Positions 1-14,339 of a stretch of DNA of 64,000 nt are shown in pieces (the stretch's first letter is position 1; every line of letters begins with the position of its first letter). This DNA comes from Macrostomum lignano. Lineage: Eukaryota. A model generated the notes under the pieces. The model saw only the letters and a list, made by a program, of their open reading frames with translations, was not told the origin of the DNA and searched no databases. Position numbers and translations under genes: made by a program. Where the stretch lies: NCBI GenBank assembly GCA_002269645.1, contig NIVC01001824.1:172073-236072 (forward strand). Reading direction: 5' to 3'.

Positions 1-589
1 TGTGACAATTATCTTATGCTGGCTCTTAAGCTAATAGGTTCTACTAGCGTATGTATACTAGTACATTGTGAGGCATATGCAAGGCAATGTATATCCTGGC
101 CCATCAACAGACCACTTCGTTCCGCAATGAGTCGTACTGCTGAAGGAGCGGGTAAAGGAAGCTCTGCTGCTACCGCTGTAGGCGCAACAGTTGCGCAAAT
201 GATTGTCTGCATGCTGATTGAGTTCGGCTAAGTCAACTGAACTTGATGCCTTAAGGTGCGCACTGTGACGCTGTTCAAGGACCTTTTTGACTATGCTTTG
301 ATATTGTCTATGGAGCTTTATGCGTTGGTGCCTAAGATCAACTATCACGATAGCCACCAAAACACAGTTTTATCTATTCTCATACACCAAGACGGCAGCA
401 TGCGATCTTAGCGAATCGATCAAGTTTTTGTGTGCATGTAGCTACGTCCAACAAATTATTGCTTAACCATCTCACCAGTCTCCGGTTAAATTCCACATCG
501 ACAAGCCCCAGATCGACTACGCCGTCGCTCCAGCCTCGCTGCCAGACGGTTTTGCCGTGAGCATCCGCCAGCAGCAGATGGCAGCAGCC

Positions 590-904
590 TCACCCGACAC
601 GCTGCGCCAGAAGGCAGCCGTCTGGACAGCAGATCGCCTGGTCAAGCAACGGAGTGGAAACGGCGCTTTGATTGCGAAATTGGATCTCCAAAGCCAGCGG
701 CGACTGAGACCACCGCTGGGCGTCGTCCAGGAAGTAGACGCTGGACAATTCAAGCCGACTGCCGTCGCGACTGATGGACGTAGCCACCAGGCACCGGGTC
801 AGACGGCTGCCGGTCTCACCCTCGGGTGGTGCATCGAAGTACAGCGACTGCAGATTTGGCCACAGCTTCTGGCCGGGGAACACGAAAGCAGCAGCCACTG
901 ACAT
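590..904 (-). CDS. Possible exon of an unidentified host gene running toward the window start
   Basis: ATG-initiated, GC-rich, non-repetitive 104-aa ORF ending at a G|GTGAGG donor-like site; no recognisable family. Confidence 0.3.
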   Translation of the reverse strand: MSVAAAFVFPGQKLWPNLQSLYFDAPPEGETGSRLTRCLVATSISRDGSRLELSSVYFLDDAQRWSQSPLALEIQFRNQSAVSTPLLDQAICCPDGCLLAQRVG

Positions 905-2599
905 TGCTTAGTCTTCTTTAGAGCGGGACTTCTGTTTGTGTTTAACTAAGGTATGTCTTTTTGACTTATATAAGGCAAACTTCAAGCTTTAAGTTCGGTA
1001 TTTAAACAAGCGATGTAGCCTGCATCGTAGAGAGGTAGAGAGAGACAGATATAGATTCAAGCAAATGTACTCAACTACAATATTTAGAAGCTCGTAGGCG
1101 AGGGTGCTAAAGATAAAACGAGTTGAGCGATTGGGCAAGAGCTTTCTCCGACGCTGTGACGCTCCTCAGACTTTGCGCGGTTACTCTTGGCGCTCCGCTT
1201 TTATTTGACCCATCAAAATACGCAGCGGCCTTCATCTCTTTCCTAACTTCTCGCAGGAGTAAGGAGCTTGCTTACCTGCCAGACCACACTGTAGTCAGGG
1301 TGAGCCACGCCCCTGCAAGCTTCAATGGCCATTTGTTGTGTGGAAGCTATAGTATAGAGCAATGCCAGTCTCCATTGTTAATTAAAACGAAAAGATCTTG
1401 ACAGGCTACAAACATTGGCCGTCTTGGAGCCCGGCAGCGGACCGGGGGACGATGGGGAATCGCAGAACGGGAGGAGAGAGTGAGAAAAGCTGAGCGCACA
1501 GTTGGAGTTTGTTTGAAATGAGATCGGAAGTCCTATTGTGTGTCAAATAAAACTTACGCAGCTGCAGCTCTCTTCAGCTCTCGTTGCCTGCTATCTGTCA
1601 GTTAACTTCACAAGTACTGTTTATTGTACACTGTAGCTACACCCTGTACAGCAATCCGATGTCGTGGTACGTCTCTAGCTAATGGTTAGTTTTGCACTAT
1701 ACCGACATAAAACATAACTTCAGCCTTCAGTTTTGAACCATACCTGCAACCAAATTTTATTATCTGTCATCCAATTCCGACACTTTTCGACAACAGTAAC
1801 ACGACAGCTTCGGTTTTCAACCAGTTTAGACTTTTGACAAACTACGATACAGATTCGACAGTTGGAATACATTTCCTACCAACAGTCTATCAGTTCTAAC
1901 GATTGCCAAACAATACCGTCAAGAGAGGCATCCAGTTCAACCAGTTGTGACAAACAGAGATTCAGAATCGACACTTTGCATACACGTCTTTCGACAATAA
2001 GTCAATCCGTTCTAACAATTGCCAACCAGTTTCGTCAAATGGGGTAGAAAGAGCCTGGGAATTATCGTTTTTCTTGTTAAAATTCCGGCACGCGAACGAG
2101 ATTACAGTCCGGCAGGTCAGCCACCTACCAACCGGCTTGAGGGGGTTTGTGTAAAACTGCATATTCGTCGTCTGACCCTCACTTTGACTTTCTGCCTCTC
2201 TCCTGTCTCGTTTCCATCTAACCGCCATTAAGCGACGTTTCGACTCATTGGAAGCGTGTTGATTACACCATTAGTTTGTTCCATTTACTCTATAAGTAGT
2301 CACGACTTAAAATCAATTGTTAATAACGACAGAGCAGTTACTGTAATAAAGTAAAATTGAAGTTACTTTTACCGTATCAATTCTTCATAACCAGCCGCTG
2401 CAGCTTTTGGAGAAAAGTCTGATAGAACTAGAAATACGAGGCTCGTATAGTGCTATTTAAGCTTTAGAACCATGATCACTGCTTCAACTAGGTTTGTCCA
2501 GGGGCTAAGACTGTGGCACACTGTGGCACACAGCGGAGCGAGCGTCGGCATGTTGAACGTTGGCGTGAGCGAAATCGGCGCGGTCGGTGACGTGGTGCT

Positions 2600-3620
2600 G
2601 CCCGCCGAGCTGCTGCCGCACTGGCCCATACGGTTTCGCCATCATGGCGATGTACCGCGATACGAAAGCTGCTGTTTCAACACCGGACGGCCTATCGGAC
2701 TTCTTTGAGACATCCTCCGGGGTGCTTCAGGGAGATACGCTTGCGCCATTCCTGTTCGTTCTGGTGCTTGACTGGGTGCTGCGGACCGCTCTTTCTACCA
2801 ATGACGACGGCTTTCTGTTGCAGCGACGCGTGGGTCGACGTCAACCGGAGAGGCGGCTCAGCGTGCTTGGCTACGCCGACGACCTCGCCCTGCTGTCCTC
2901 AACTGTCGAGGGCGCCCAGCGACAACTGGACAAGCAAGTTTCTGTTGCGGCGAGTGTCGGCCTGATGGTCAACACGCAGAAGACCGTCGTGCTCTACGTG
3001 CCGGACGACATCGAGGCAGCGATTTTGTGTCGAGGCGCTGGTGGACAGGCGACAGAGCTTCCGCGTTGTTAGCAGTTCGTCTACCTCGGCGGTCTGCTTC
3101 CCGGCGTCCGCGAGGATTTGCGGCGTCGCCGCGGGCTTGCCTGGACTGCCGTTTGTTCTGAGGGCAGTCGTGCAGTCCGAGGCCTTACCTGACCGCCAGA
3201 GGGCGGCGTTGTTCCAGGCGGTGATCGAGACCGTCATGCTGTACAATGCCGAGACCTGGACGCTGACGGAGTCGCTCGAGCAACAAGTTGACGTGGCGCA
3301 CGTTGGCCTGCTGCGCGCCGCCTTCAAGATCGGCTACGAGCGAGTGACCAACGCGGCCGAGCTGGCCTGGTCCGTTCAAGCGACCTGTTGCGCCGTCGGC
3401 GACTACAGCTGGCAGGCCACATCATTCGCGCTGAGTCGTACTGCCCAGAGCCGGTGCAGGAGGTGCTGCTAACGCCGCAGGCACCCTACCGGCGGGGGCA
3501 GGCGCCCACTCGGCGTTTCGTCGACTGCCTGCTGGATGACGCCGGCGCCCCGGATTCGGCCTGCGGCGTGGCGTTTATTTGCGACCTGGCATTGAGGCAC
3601 GCCTGTTGTTGTTGTTGTTC
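2600..3620 (+). pseudogene. 5'-truncated, decayed RTE-type non-LTR retrotransposon (RT and C-terminus)
   Basis: SGVLQGDTLAPFLF and LGYADDLALL RT motifs; stop/frameshifts; C-terminal RRRLQLAGHIIR; (TGT)n tail near 3604-3620. Confidence 0.85.
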
Positions 3621-4849
3621 TGTTATTAAATTGATATTGTACGCCGGAAAACCTACACGACACGGATCCTCTGAACACTATAGATGTGTCAACTCAATTT
3701 AAAAAAGACTTCAACGTCAGCTTTTTAAAACCAATCGATTCATTTATGAGGGGCGCGGGAGAGTAAATGTCTTTTGGTTTCTTGAAACCGCCTTTATATT
3801 AAGGAAATAGGGGCAAAGCTTCCTATTTTAAGGGTCGGTAATTATAAATAAATTGTTGAGTGAGAAAACAACTCTTTTTGGGCTGACTCTTATTAAGGTA
3901 AAGATCCATGCATGCTTATCCACAAAAAAGTTTCGTGTCCAGATGCTAATATCTAGAAATCCGTGGCTCTGCATAAGGCTGCTAATTGTTTAGCACACTC
4001 ATGCCGTTTCCAATTTATTACAATGTGACCATTACATTGTCACTCTATTAGGATATACTGTATGTCACCCCGGCCCTTCATCGCCTCATTTATTGCCTTT
4101 AACCTGTCCCGCGCATTAAGGCTCACCTGTTAGAGCTTAAAATGTTAGATCAATAAAAACTATAACGAGGGCAACGTTTTTATTTGAGCAAAATAATTGA
4201 CAGAATTGCGTGGACCTGGAGCCTGGGTATCTGGCTGTCCTTTATAAATTAATGATTGTTGAGTTGGGTAGTTAAGATACTGTCACTGTCGTAATGCATG
4301 CATGCGATCAATGATGCATGCGTGAGGTCAAGCAGCGAACCCCACCCCCTCCTAAACATCAATAAACAGCCTGAAAGGGCCAGTCCTCCTCTCCGCATCC
4401 TTTTTTCTCATTGGTGGTGTGCCTCGTTCGTCAAATAACTATATTAAAACAAATGTAGCTTCGTTTACTTTAATTAAATTCCCTTAGTGTTAATCAGTAG
4501 GAAGTTTTGTCAACTGCGTTTATGTAACTACAGGCGTTATAAGTTTAGAAAAGTCACCCAGCTTCTCTACATAGGAATCAGGAAGCATAAAAAGAAACAA
4601 AGGAAATCGACTGCTGGACCACCCACAGCTAGCGCAGATGCTCACTTAAGAATGAGAAGACAACCTGAAAGACACCACGATCCAGGGGTGGCGCTACCAG
4701 GGGGGATGGTGACATGTCCCCCCCCCCTGTTGAAGCTATGACCCGCTATGGAAATCGATTATTTTGCTTCAGGGCATCAAAATATATGAGTGCCTCTCTG
4801 CGGCGCCCAAATACCTACAAATACCTACAAATACAACACCGATACATAC

Positions 4850-6073
<1,224 letters not shown>

Positions 6074-6333
6074 AAGGTACATAGAAATAGATTAGGATTA
6101 AACTTGACATTCCAGTCCAGCAGTTCAAGCAACAAAATGATAGCAGTCAGTAAGCCACATTTAGAGGTTAAGCAGACAGCCAATTGCGTTGCTGCTGTGC
6201 AACAGTGTTGCGAGAGCCAACGCTTATTAAGAGCTGAGGCTTCCTCGGGCGATGCTTGGTCAGAAAATATAGTTCGTTGACTAAAAATACAATAAGACTT
6301 TTAGGCTGTCTTCTACAAGAGAGGTACTGGACC

Positions 6334-7440
6334 ATGTCAGGCAGCAGGCTAGAAGCAGGTAAGTGCATACAACATCCGAAAGCCTGGGGTTGCTGAATTA
6401 CGAGTAATTAGTTTCAACTTTTCGCCTTCCTCAATTGTCCCCCAGGTTCGCTGCTAGTGGCCAAAGCTTTTCTGGCTCTCACAACTATGGTGGCAGCGAC
6501 CTCCGGATCCGTCTGGAGGCTGGCGGACGTGCAGTGCGCTCCAGAGAGCACCAGCGCCACAGCTGCCTTCCTCCGGTTTGTGGCGACCAGGGAGACTCAC
6601 TGTGTCATGATGGCCTCCGAGAAGGCGCCCACAGGAGCTCTGGTGGCTCAGTTCGACAAGCTCTCGCGAACATGCTCCGTGTTCGAATTTCAATCCGTGT
6701 GCCGAGCTCTGACCTCCGGACAGTCGGCCAGCTGCGCTGTGTTTTACCGATTTCCAATCAATCACCGGTCGATGAACGCCAAGCTCAATAACGTGTGGCT
6801 GGGGGACAGCGTGAGCAGACTGGAGAACCTGGTGTGCCAGGCTGACCGGGACACGAACCGGCTGCATCCGGTGGGCGTTGCTTGGAGCAGCGACGGTGCC
6901 GCGTTCGACGGAGTGAGCGCCTTCGCCCAGCTGAACAAGTCCGACATCAACTTCACGACTGGCCTCGCCTGGCTGCTGAGGATCAAGAGGCAGCCCAGAC
7001 AGCAACCCTACTTTGATTTCAACGACTGCAGCACCTTGGGACAGGCCGTGATGTACACTGCTCATTTTTGGGAGCATCCCACTCCAAGACAAGCCTACCT
7101 TCGACTGGGTGAAGTCACTGAAACTCTGCTGCAAAGTCACGAGACACCTGTAGACACCCTGCCTGCCGGAACTGACGACTGGGTAAACATCGGGTTCACC
7201 ACTACCGCCTCTGGCGACTTGAATGACGTGTTCTTCGGCAATTCTTTCCTGCCCAGAGCGAGTATCAAAAAATTGAATGAACCAAGCAGTCCCATCAGTA
7301 ATATGTGCATGCTCTTCGGGATGCGAGTGGGCACTCCAAGCAACTACATGTTTAATGGGACCCTGCAAGCTCTGGCGATGGCTAGCGCCTACATGTCCGA
7401 GGCCGAGATTCGCCAGTTTTTCGAACTGTTCAACGAATAA
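6334..7440 (+). CDS. Two-exon secreted protein, possible N-terminal PAN/apple-like and C-terminal LamG/ConA-like domain
   Basis: Exon 6334-6358, intron GTAAGT...CCCCCAG 6359-6445, exon 6446-7440 join in frame (MSGSRLEAGSLLVAKAFLALTTMVAA, signal-peptide-like); C-terminal FNGTLQALAMASAYMSEAEI resembles LamG/pentraxin ends (domain calls are inference). Confidence 0.7.
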
Positions 7441-7990
7441 ACCATAAAGTCAATGGTTTGAACATTTTTTTACGAGCTGAACGCAAATGATGAGGGTCGC
7501 ACTTTATTTGGATAAAATTGTTCTCCTGTTTTTGCGTCCAGAATTATTCTACTGCTAGTAGCACGCTCTGAGTTTTCTCTCAATTTACCCTTTTTTTATC
7601 TGTACATTTTTTTATTCTATTATAGTACGTGGCGGTGGATTAGTTTAATCTTCGGATTAGCTGATTTCAACTTTTTTCTGTACATAATTGTGTTAGGTTT
7701 TTGCTCGCGTAACTTTTTACTCTAACCCTTGTACACAAAGCGCTGACCAATCTTGACCTTATTTTTCATCGATTTTTCTATAAATTGTCACTTTATATTT
7801 AGCAATGCGTATAAGCTTGTCTCTATCTTTTTAATGCAATTTACCCGTTACGCGCATATAGATGTACTTGCAAAACATTGTGAAATGCAGGAAGTTAACC
7901 TATTTTGAATTAAGTTATAATGTAGCCTACAGTATTTAGAAGTAATTGTAACTGAGTCACAAATATTTTTCTATCTGCATGCACTTTGTA

Positions 7991-9363
7991 CGGAGGGTTG
8001 TCAGAAAAGTTCTGTGTATTAGAGAATAGCTCAGCTCTATGAACAGCTGTAGAGTTGGGGTTTTAGCCATAGATATATACATATATAAAGAGTCGCTAGC
8101 TTCAGTTTTAGAGTACCAGATAATTTCTAGCCTGTGTAGCAGTAATTTTTCAACCACACCCATGGCGCATTCCGTTCCGCGAGAGAGTTTTTCTAAACGC
8201 GACAATCGAGCGATCATCAAGTTTCATGTCCTTCAGGGGCGTTCAGCAACCGAGATTTTTGAAGAAATGCGGCAGACCATATAGAAGACTTTTGCCCATC
8301 TTATGAGACGCTTCGCCGTTGGGCTATTGCCATTCGCAACGGCAAAGAAGACCTCGACGACAAGCCACGCAGTGGACGACCAACGAGTGCTCGGACTGAC
8401 AGCCTGGTGAGTCAGGTGGAGGCAGCCGTGCTGCAGGACCGGAGACTGACCTGCAGGCAGCTGGCTGATGCCATAGGGGTGTCCCACGACTCAGTCCACA
8501 AGATCCTGACCGAGGACCTTGGAATGCGCAAGGTCTGTGCCAAGTTGGTGCCGCATCTGCTCACTGACGATCAGCGGGCTCGGCGGGTCGCCATGTGCGC
8601 ATCCAACTTGCAGCGGTGTTGGCGGGAGGGCATGGCGTTCCTGCAAAGGATCGTTGCCTGCGACGAAACCTGGGTGCATTCTTGGGAGGCGGAGTTGAAG
8701 CGGCAGAGTGCCACATGGTGCAGGCCAGGTTCTCCGCGACCTCAAAAGGCCATCCGGAGCATCGGCCAGTTGAAGGTCATGCACGTGACTTTCTTCGACC
8801 GGGAGGTCTGTTGTTCGATCAGTCTGTGCTAGTGGGGCAGACGGTCAATGGTGATTTCTACCTGTCGGTTCTGGTGAAAGTTCGGCGTGCCATTTGGGAC
8901 AAAAGGCCTGCACTTCACGCGGCTGGCCCGATTCTGCTTCACGAAAACGCATCCCCGCACCGAAACCAAAGCGTGCTGGCTACGATCGAGTCGTGGGGGT
9001 GGGAAATTCTTCCACATCCGCCTTATTCCCCGGACTTAAGTCCATGCGACTTTTTCCTCTTCCCTCGCATCAAGGAGTCGATGCGGGGCCAGCGTTTCAG
9101 CACAGAGGAAGACGTGAATCGGGCCTACAATGCTGGCATTGCCGCCGTGACGAACAATGGCATGACTACAGGCATTGACGGGCTGGTGCGGCGTTGGAAG
9201 AAGTGCATTGAAGTTGAGGGCTCATACATGTACTTTGAGTGAATAGGATACATGTACTTTGAGTGAATAGATGTTAAGGAAGACATTTGTAACTTTTCAT
9301 GTTTCTGCTGATTATCGTTCTCAAGTTATTACAATATACACAGAACTTTTCTGACAACCCTCA
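7991..9363 (+). mobile_element. Tc1/mariner DNA transposon with ~27-bp TIRs and TA target duplication
   Basis: GAGGGTTGTCAGAAAAGTTCTGTGTA at the left end and its reverse complement at the right end; TA at 7989-7990 and 9364-9365. Confidence 0.93.
8162..9242 (+). pseudogene. Mariner transposase, two frameshifts, second catalytic D appears as E
   Basis: HTH region, KLVPHLL, ACDETW, LLHENASPH (normally HDNA), PYSPDLSPCDF; frameshifts near 8280 and 8803. Confidence 0.9.
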
Positions 9364-9689
9364 TATATTCTGAATTTTTTGTACGATTCTTTTTTTTTAA
9401 TTTTGTTCTAAAAATTTCTGTAATTCTACAATATGAACTATTATAACAGCTATATTACAGTACATATATTTGATTGTCTACATGTACTTGTGCTAATCTT
9501 CTTCTTTACCGTTGCCGTCATGGCCATGAGTGCAACTATTCATGCAAGCCAGCTTCCGCCATCACTGTCTGTCCTTCGCTGTTCTTCTTAGCCTCTCCAA
9601 CCATCCGGTCATCTTTCCACTGCCTTTTCGGTATTCTTATTCTTTCACCCCCTTACATTTCTCCTTGAATACAGACATTTGTCATGGCT

Positions 9690-11020
9690 CCCTTGTCTGA
9701 TGTCTGTAACAGATTCTGGTTCCTTTCCCAATGCCTCAACTTTTCTCCAAACCCAGGCACTTGTCTTTTTCTCTTTCCATGAAATCATTAGCACTCTTCT
9801 GTAACATTTCATTGCAACCGCTTTGAGTGTCTCCAAACTTTTCTTCCCCAGAGTCCAGCTTCGCACCCACAGAACAGTGTGTCGCCAATGTGATCGCCTT
9901 AATTGTGATCTTGAGGCCATTCTTCAAACCGACTCCTTGAGCCCGCCAAAGACTCATCAAGCCTTATCATTGAGCTGGTTGCGACGTCAATTCGGATTCT
10001 GATCTCTTCCTCCGAGGTCCCATTCTCCATGATGGTTGCCTCCAGATATTTAAACTTCTTCACCTGTTCTACTAGTTCTCCATCAATCACAATCCCTAGC
10101 CTGACTTTGTCCTTACCATTCCCTGTCACCATTGTCTTGTTTTTTTCTTTGCTGACTTCCATGCCAAACTTTTTTGAGATTGTGCAGTCCATGCAGCTTC
10201 GTTGTCATTTCTTGCAATTCTTCCTCATCTTTGCCAATCAAATCGTGATGTCGTCTGAAAACCGCGAGTTGTTGAGTTGTTGATGTTCATGTCTCCGCAG
10301 CTGATTCCGAGCTCATGCAGTTCCTCAATTAATTTCTGTCATTATCCGTTTCAGGAAAAGATTGAAGAGAGTAGGTGATAGGATACAAAATCCTTGTCTC
10401 ACCCCACCATTGCCCTAAACCAGTCACTGCACTGGTCACCTGCCATAACCTTTGGTCTTAGCTTCTTCATACAGTCGCTTAATTATTCTCTTGTGATGTC
10501 TTCTCCAATGTTGTATTTTTTCATTGTGTGCAAAAGCGCTTCGTGCCACTGCGTGTTTGAAGGCGTGTTTAAAGTCAATGAAATTGTGACAGATGATCTT
10601 TTGATATTTTACAAATTAATGGTCGCAGGGGGGCGTAGCTCAGCGGTCAGTGCAGGCTCTGGTGTGCCAGCGACCCAGGCTCGATTCCAAGTGCAGTCAC
10701 ATTAATTTGGGGCTGAATTGGAATCTCGGCTTGGCTCTGCTCGTGCAATTAACGGCCTTGAGAGCCAACCCCCAAGGCGCAGTGAAGTGTACATGCCTAA
10801 CGATAAAATAAAGTTAGGGCCGCTGTACAATCCTGTGTGAGTGTGTGCCTGCGTACGTATCCGCGCGCTTGTGTGCCTGCTCAGGGGAGTCGGCGGAATG
10901 AGCAGTAATGCCTCTCGCCGGTTGTGTGCCTATGTCGCTTAAAGTGCACCAGGGTGCACACAACCCCCTGCCTCTAATAAAAAAAATTAATGGTCACAAG
11001 TTGGTAATTTGCTCTGTAGT
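9690..11020 (-). pseudogene. Decayed RTE-type LINE RT fragment, interrupted by a SINE
   Basis: Minus-strand remnants TTEQITNL, IDFKHAF, VGVRQG-ILSPTLFNLFL, RFSDD, VEQVKKFKYL across many stops and frameshifts. Confidence 0.8.
10625..10983 (+). mobile_element. tRNA-derived SINE with 12-bp TSD
   Basis: A-box TAGCTCAGCGG, B-box-like GGCTCGATTCC, A-rich tail; AAATTAATGGTC at 10613-10624 and 10984-10995. Confidence 0.85.
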
Positions 11021-11021
11021 G

Positions 11022-11600
11022 CTTGCATCTCGCTGCGCACCTGCTCTACTGTCGATGCTATGAGCCGTGAGGCTCAGTGTCATCGAGTCCCAGCCGTACC
11101 ACAGGGCACGCTTTGGGTCAGGACGCTGAACTGCCGCACTCTCAAGGCCGCCTGGCGGAGAGGGCTGCTGGCGCAGCTAGCGCTCGACCCCAGATGCGAT
11201 GTCATCTCGCTGCAAGAGGTGTCCATCAGGGCCGACTCGGGAAATTCACTGTGAGGACCCGGGCGCCGGCTGGACCCTCTGGTACGTACGCGTCAGTTTG
11301 TCAATATCGGCTACGTCGAGCGAGTCACCATTGCGGCACTCTATCGCCGCACCGGCCTGTTTCGTCCCAGCGAACTGTTGCGCTGTCGTCGGCGACTCCA
11401 GCTGGCAGGCCATTTTATCCGAGCCGAGACGTACTGCCCACAGCCGGCCGGTGCATTAGGTGCTGCTGCTGACGCTGCAGGCACCCTACCGGCGGGGGAC
11501 AGGCGCGCACTCGAAGTTTCGTTGACTGCCTGCTGGCTGATGCTGGGGCCCCGGACACTGCCGGCGATGCGGCCTACATGTACGTTCGCACCCAGTCCTT
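11022..11600 (+). pseudogene. Internally deleted copy of the same RTE family as 2600-3620
   Basis: APE endonuclease N-terminus (TLNCRTL...DVISLQE) directly followed by the 3' segment RRRLQLAGHFIRAETYCPQP, similar to 3400-3560. Confidence 0.7.
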
Positions 11601-11690
11601 GAAAAAACGCGCCCTATGATTAGTGCCCTATGACTAGTGCCCTAGTGCCCTATGACTAGTGCCCTATGACTACTGGCTGACAATGTATTT

Positions 11691-11734
<44 letters not shown>

Positions 11735-11759
11735 ATTATTATTATTGTTGTTGTTGTTG

Positions 11760-11799
<40 letters not shown>
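11691..11799. repeat. (TTG)n/(TTA)n microsatellite
   Basis: Direct inspection. Confidence 0.95.
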
Positions 11800-11800
<1 letters not shown>

Positions 11801-14339
11801 CTCTGCCACTGTGATGGCCACGCATTGATCGATCCGATCTTCACTACTCTTGAGGATTTTGTTGCAGAGCTTGTGCAGTAAGTCATTTGCAATCAAGTAT
11901 TAAAAACAGGGTGTACTCATGTAAAACAGGGTGTACTTTGTAAGGCAAAACTCAATTAGACACAGATGGCCTGCTGGAGCTGAAGACTTCATAAATAAAC
12001 ACCGCTATAGCTTTGGCGGCTCAATGGACACCCGATGGTAATATTTGTGATCGCTTTTTTAGAAGGTATGCAAAAACCCTTACATGTATACTGAATCGAT
12101 CGTACGGAGTTAGTAGTACTAGTACATGTACATGCAGCTGCATTGTTTTTCGGAAGGTGCATTAATGTAGTGAGTACTTCGAGCGACTGTACATACAGTC
12201 GTAATCAAGTGGGTTCTACGCTCGTACATGTACTAGCTAGCTTGACATCGTTAAGAGCCCACGCGGAAGAGACTAAAAATTACGCCCTAGTCCTATACTC
12301 TACTAAAGGCAGCGATAGCCAATTAACGCCTTGAAGGCAGAACCCATCAAATTATATGCAGCGACGGGATAGGAGACTTGTACATATTTGTTTCATGTGA
12401 GGTATACACCTGCGCATATAAAGTTAGCGCATATATCAATCGAAATTTTATTGTTCAACCTATTGTTTCTTAAGATTTTATTATTCATATTTCAATTTTT
12501 ATTCTCTTTTAATTTTATTAAAAATAAAAGTGCTGATTGCGACTATAAAACTTATAGCTGTAGTAATTTAACAAACTTATTGACTGAATGAAGTACGTTT
12601 TGTTTAAAGTTTAGGCAAAATTCAATCTCTAGTAACAGGTTCTAAAACTGTACGTACGGCACGCGCGTGCGCGACTCTAAAACTATAAGAAAATAAAGTG
12701 ACGAGATGACGATTCACGGCTGGCCTGAATCGGATTCACGCGCACGTACGCTAGGAGTGCACGCACTGTGACACAAGTATACGTTGATCGACTGACGCTA
12801 GGCGGTGCTTCGCAATCGCAGACCGCAGTCGATGCAACATGCAAGTTTAAAACCTTGCGGCCTTGCCACTCACAATCCGCATTATATGATTTTAAAAAAG
12901 ATAGCGTTCTTATTCGACTTAGGCCTTAGTCTAGTATCTATCTATCTTCTAGGCCCAGTTTGACATGTAGAATTAGATAATTAGACTATCTATATGTGAA
13001 TCAGTGAATGTATATAAAGATAACGAAATATGCTATTAGGCATTAGCTATTAGCTAGGCCTAGGCGACCTAAAGTGGCCAAAGGGAAATCTGTTTGTATA
13101 AGTGTACCCCCTACAGATAAATTCAAAATAAGTGTGTTTTTAACTAAAAATGATTTCATTGGTTACTATCTTCAAATTAAAAGGTTATTTTATAGGCCTA
13201 CCGTAAATTTGTTTTAATAATTAATAGCCATCTAGACAAAGAAGTGTAGAATTATGCCTAGTGCTTAATCAGGCTTAGGTCTCTTAAAAGTAGTTTTTTA
13301 TATTTAAAATGGTTCATATGTTCTTTTTTCTGGAATCAAAATAATTTAACAAACAGAACTTAACAATTGCCAGTGTCTAAACATTTTGGCCCCAAAATGA
13401 CACTTCCAAATATATTCTTAATGATATGTTAAATAGGTTATTGCTTATTAATAGAGGTCGGATATGATTTTAATCATTTTTCACAATTGTGATTATTTAA
13501 AACCTATTATTATTAATGAGGTTGTGATTTTCTACTTACTTTTTATTTTAATTCACTGTTTAAGTTTTTTTAATTTATTTAAATTAAACTAAGTATAACT
13601 TTTTTACTTGATTTACTGAAATAAAAATGTGAACACAAATATATAAAGCAGTAATACATTTTATTTTTGTTGACTTGACAGTATTATTGAGTATTATTAT
13701 CTAATATACAATGGTTTCTTTTCTTGTTTTGTTATTTGGCATTAATTTGGTAGGAATATAAATTCAATTTTGTATAACTAAATAAAAATAAGTACACAAT
13801 TAATATAATGAATATAAGTTCATAATAAATATAATAAATATAAGTTCACAATCACAATCATGCCCAACTTTAAAATTTTACAAAATTTCATGCCTGACCA
13901 AAAGTACATTGATAGTTGTAAATGTAATGATTGACTTTATATTTATTAGGTCTATTTCTATAGTCCAGATCATGGCAAGCGTACGCCAGAATCAAAATTC
14001 ATGTTTTTTCAATTTTATGCCAATGTAAAATAAAATAAAAATTTTATGCCAAAACTAAAATTGTTTATACACAATTTTTTAACAAATATATATTTTTAGG
14101 AACTCAAAACTTTTACTAAACTTTAAAACAGCTGTTTTTGCTAAAAACAGATATTATTTGTTTTAATTTTGATTTTCTTGTGATTACATTCATATTTTCT
14201 ATTTTAGTTTCTGCTTATTTTTAAAGAGCCTTCAACATTGGTTGATATTTAACTACACAATTACATTAGCCTTGAACTTGGCTATTTTTTTGTATGCTGA
14301 CTGTGTACACTTCATGTTGAACCTGAAAATTATATATGC

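Noticed and set aside
58-360. 100-aa minus-strand ORF
   Set aside because: No recognisable motif or convincing splice signals
1400-1650. Possible solo LTR
   Set aside because: Has AATAAA and a CA end, but I could not identify a TG start, TSD or PBS
10625-10700. Functional tRNA gene
   Set aside because: Acceptor stem does not close; it continues into a SINE body with A-tail and TSD
12880-14300. AT-rich block as a DNA transposon
   Set aside because: No TIRs, TSD or ORF that I could support
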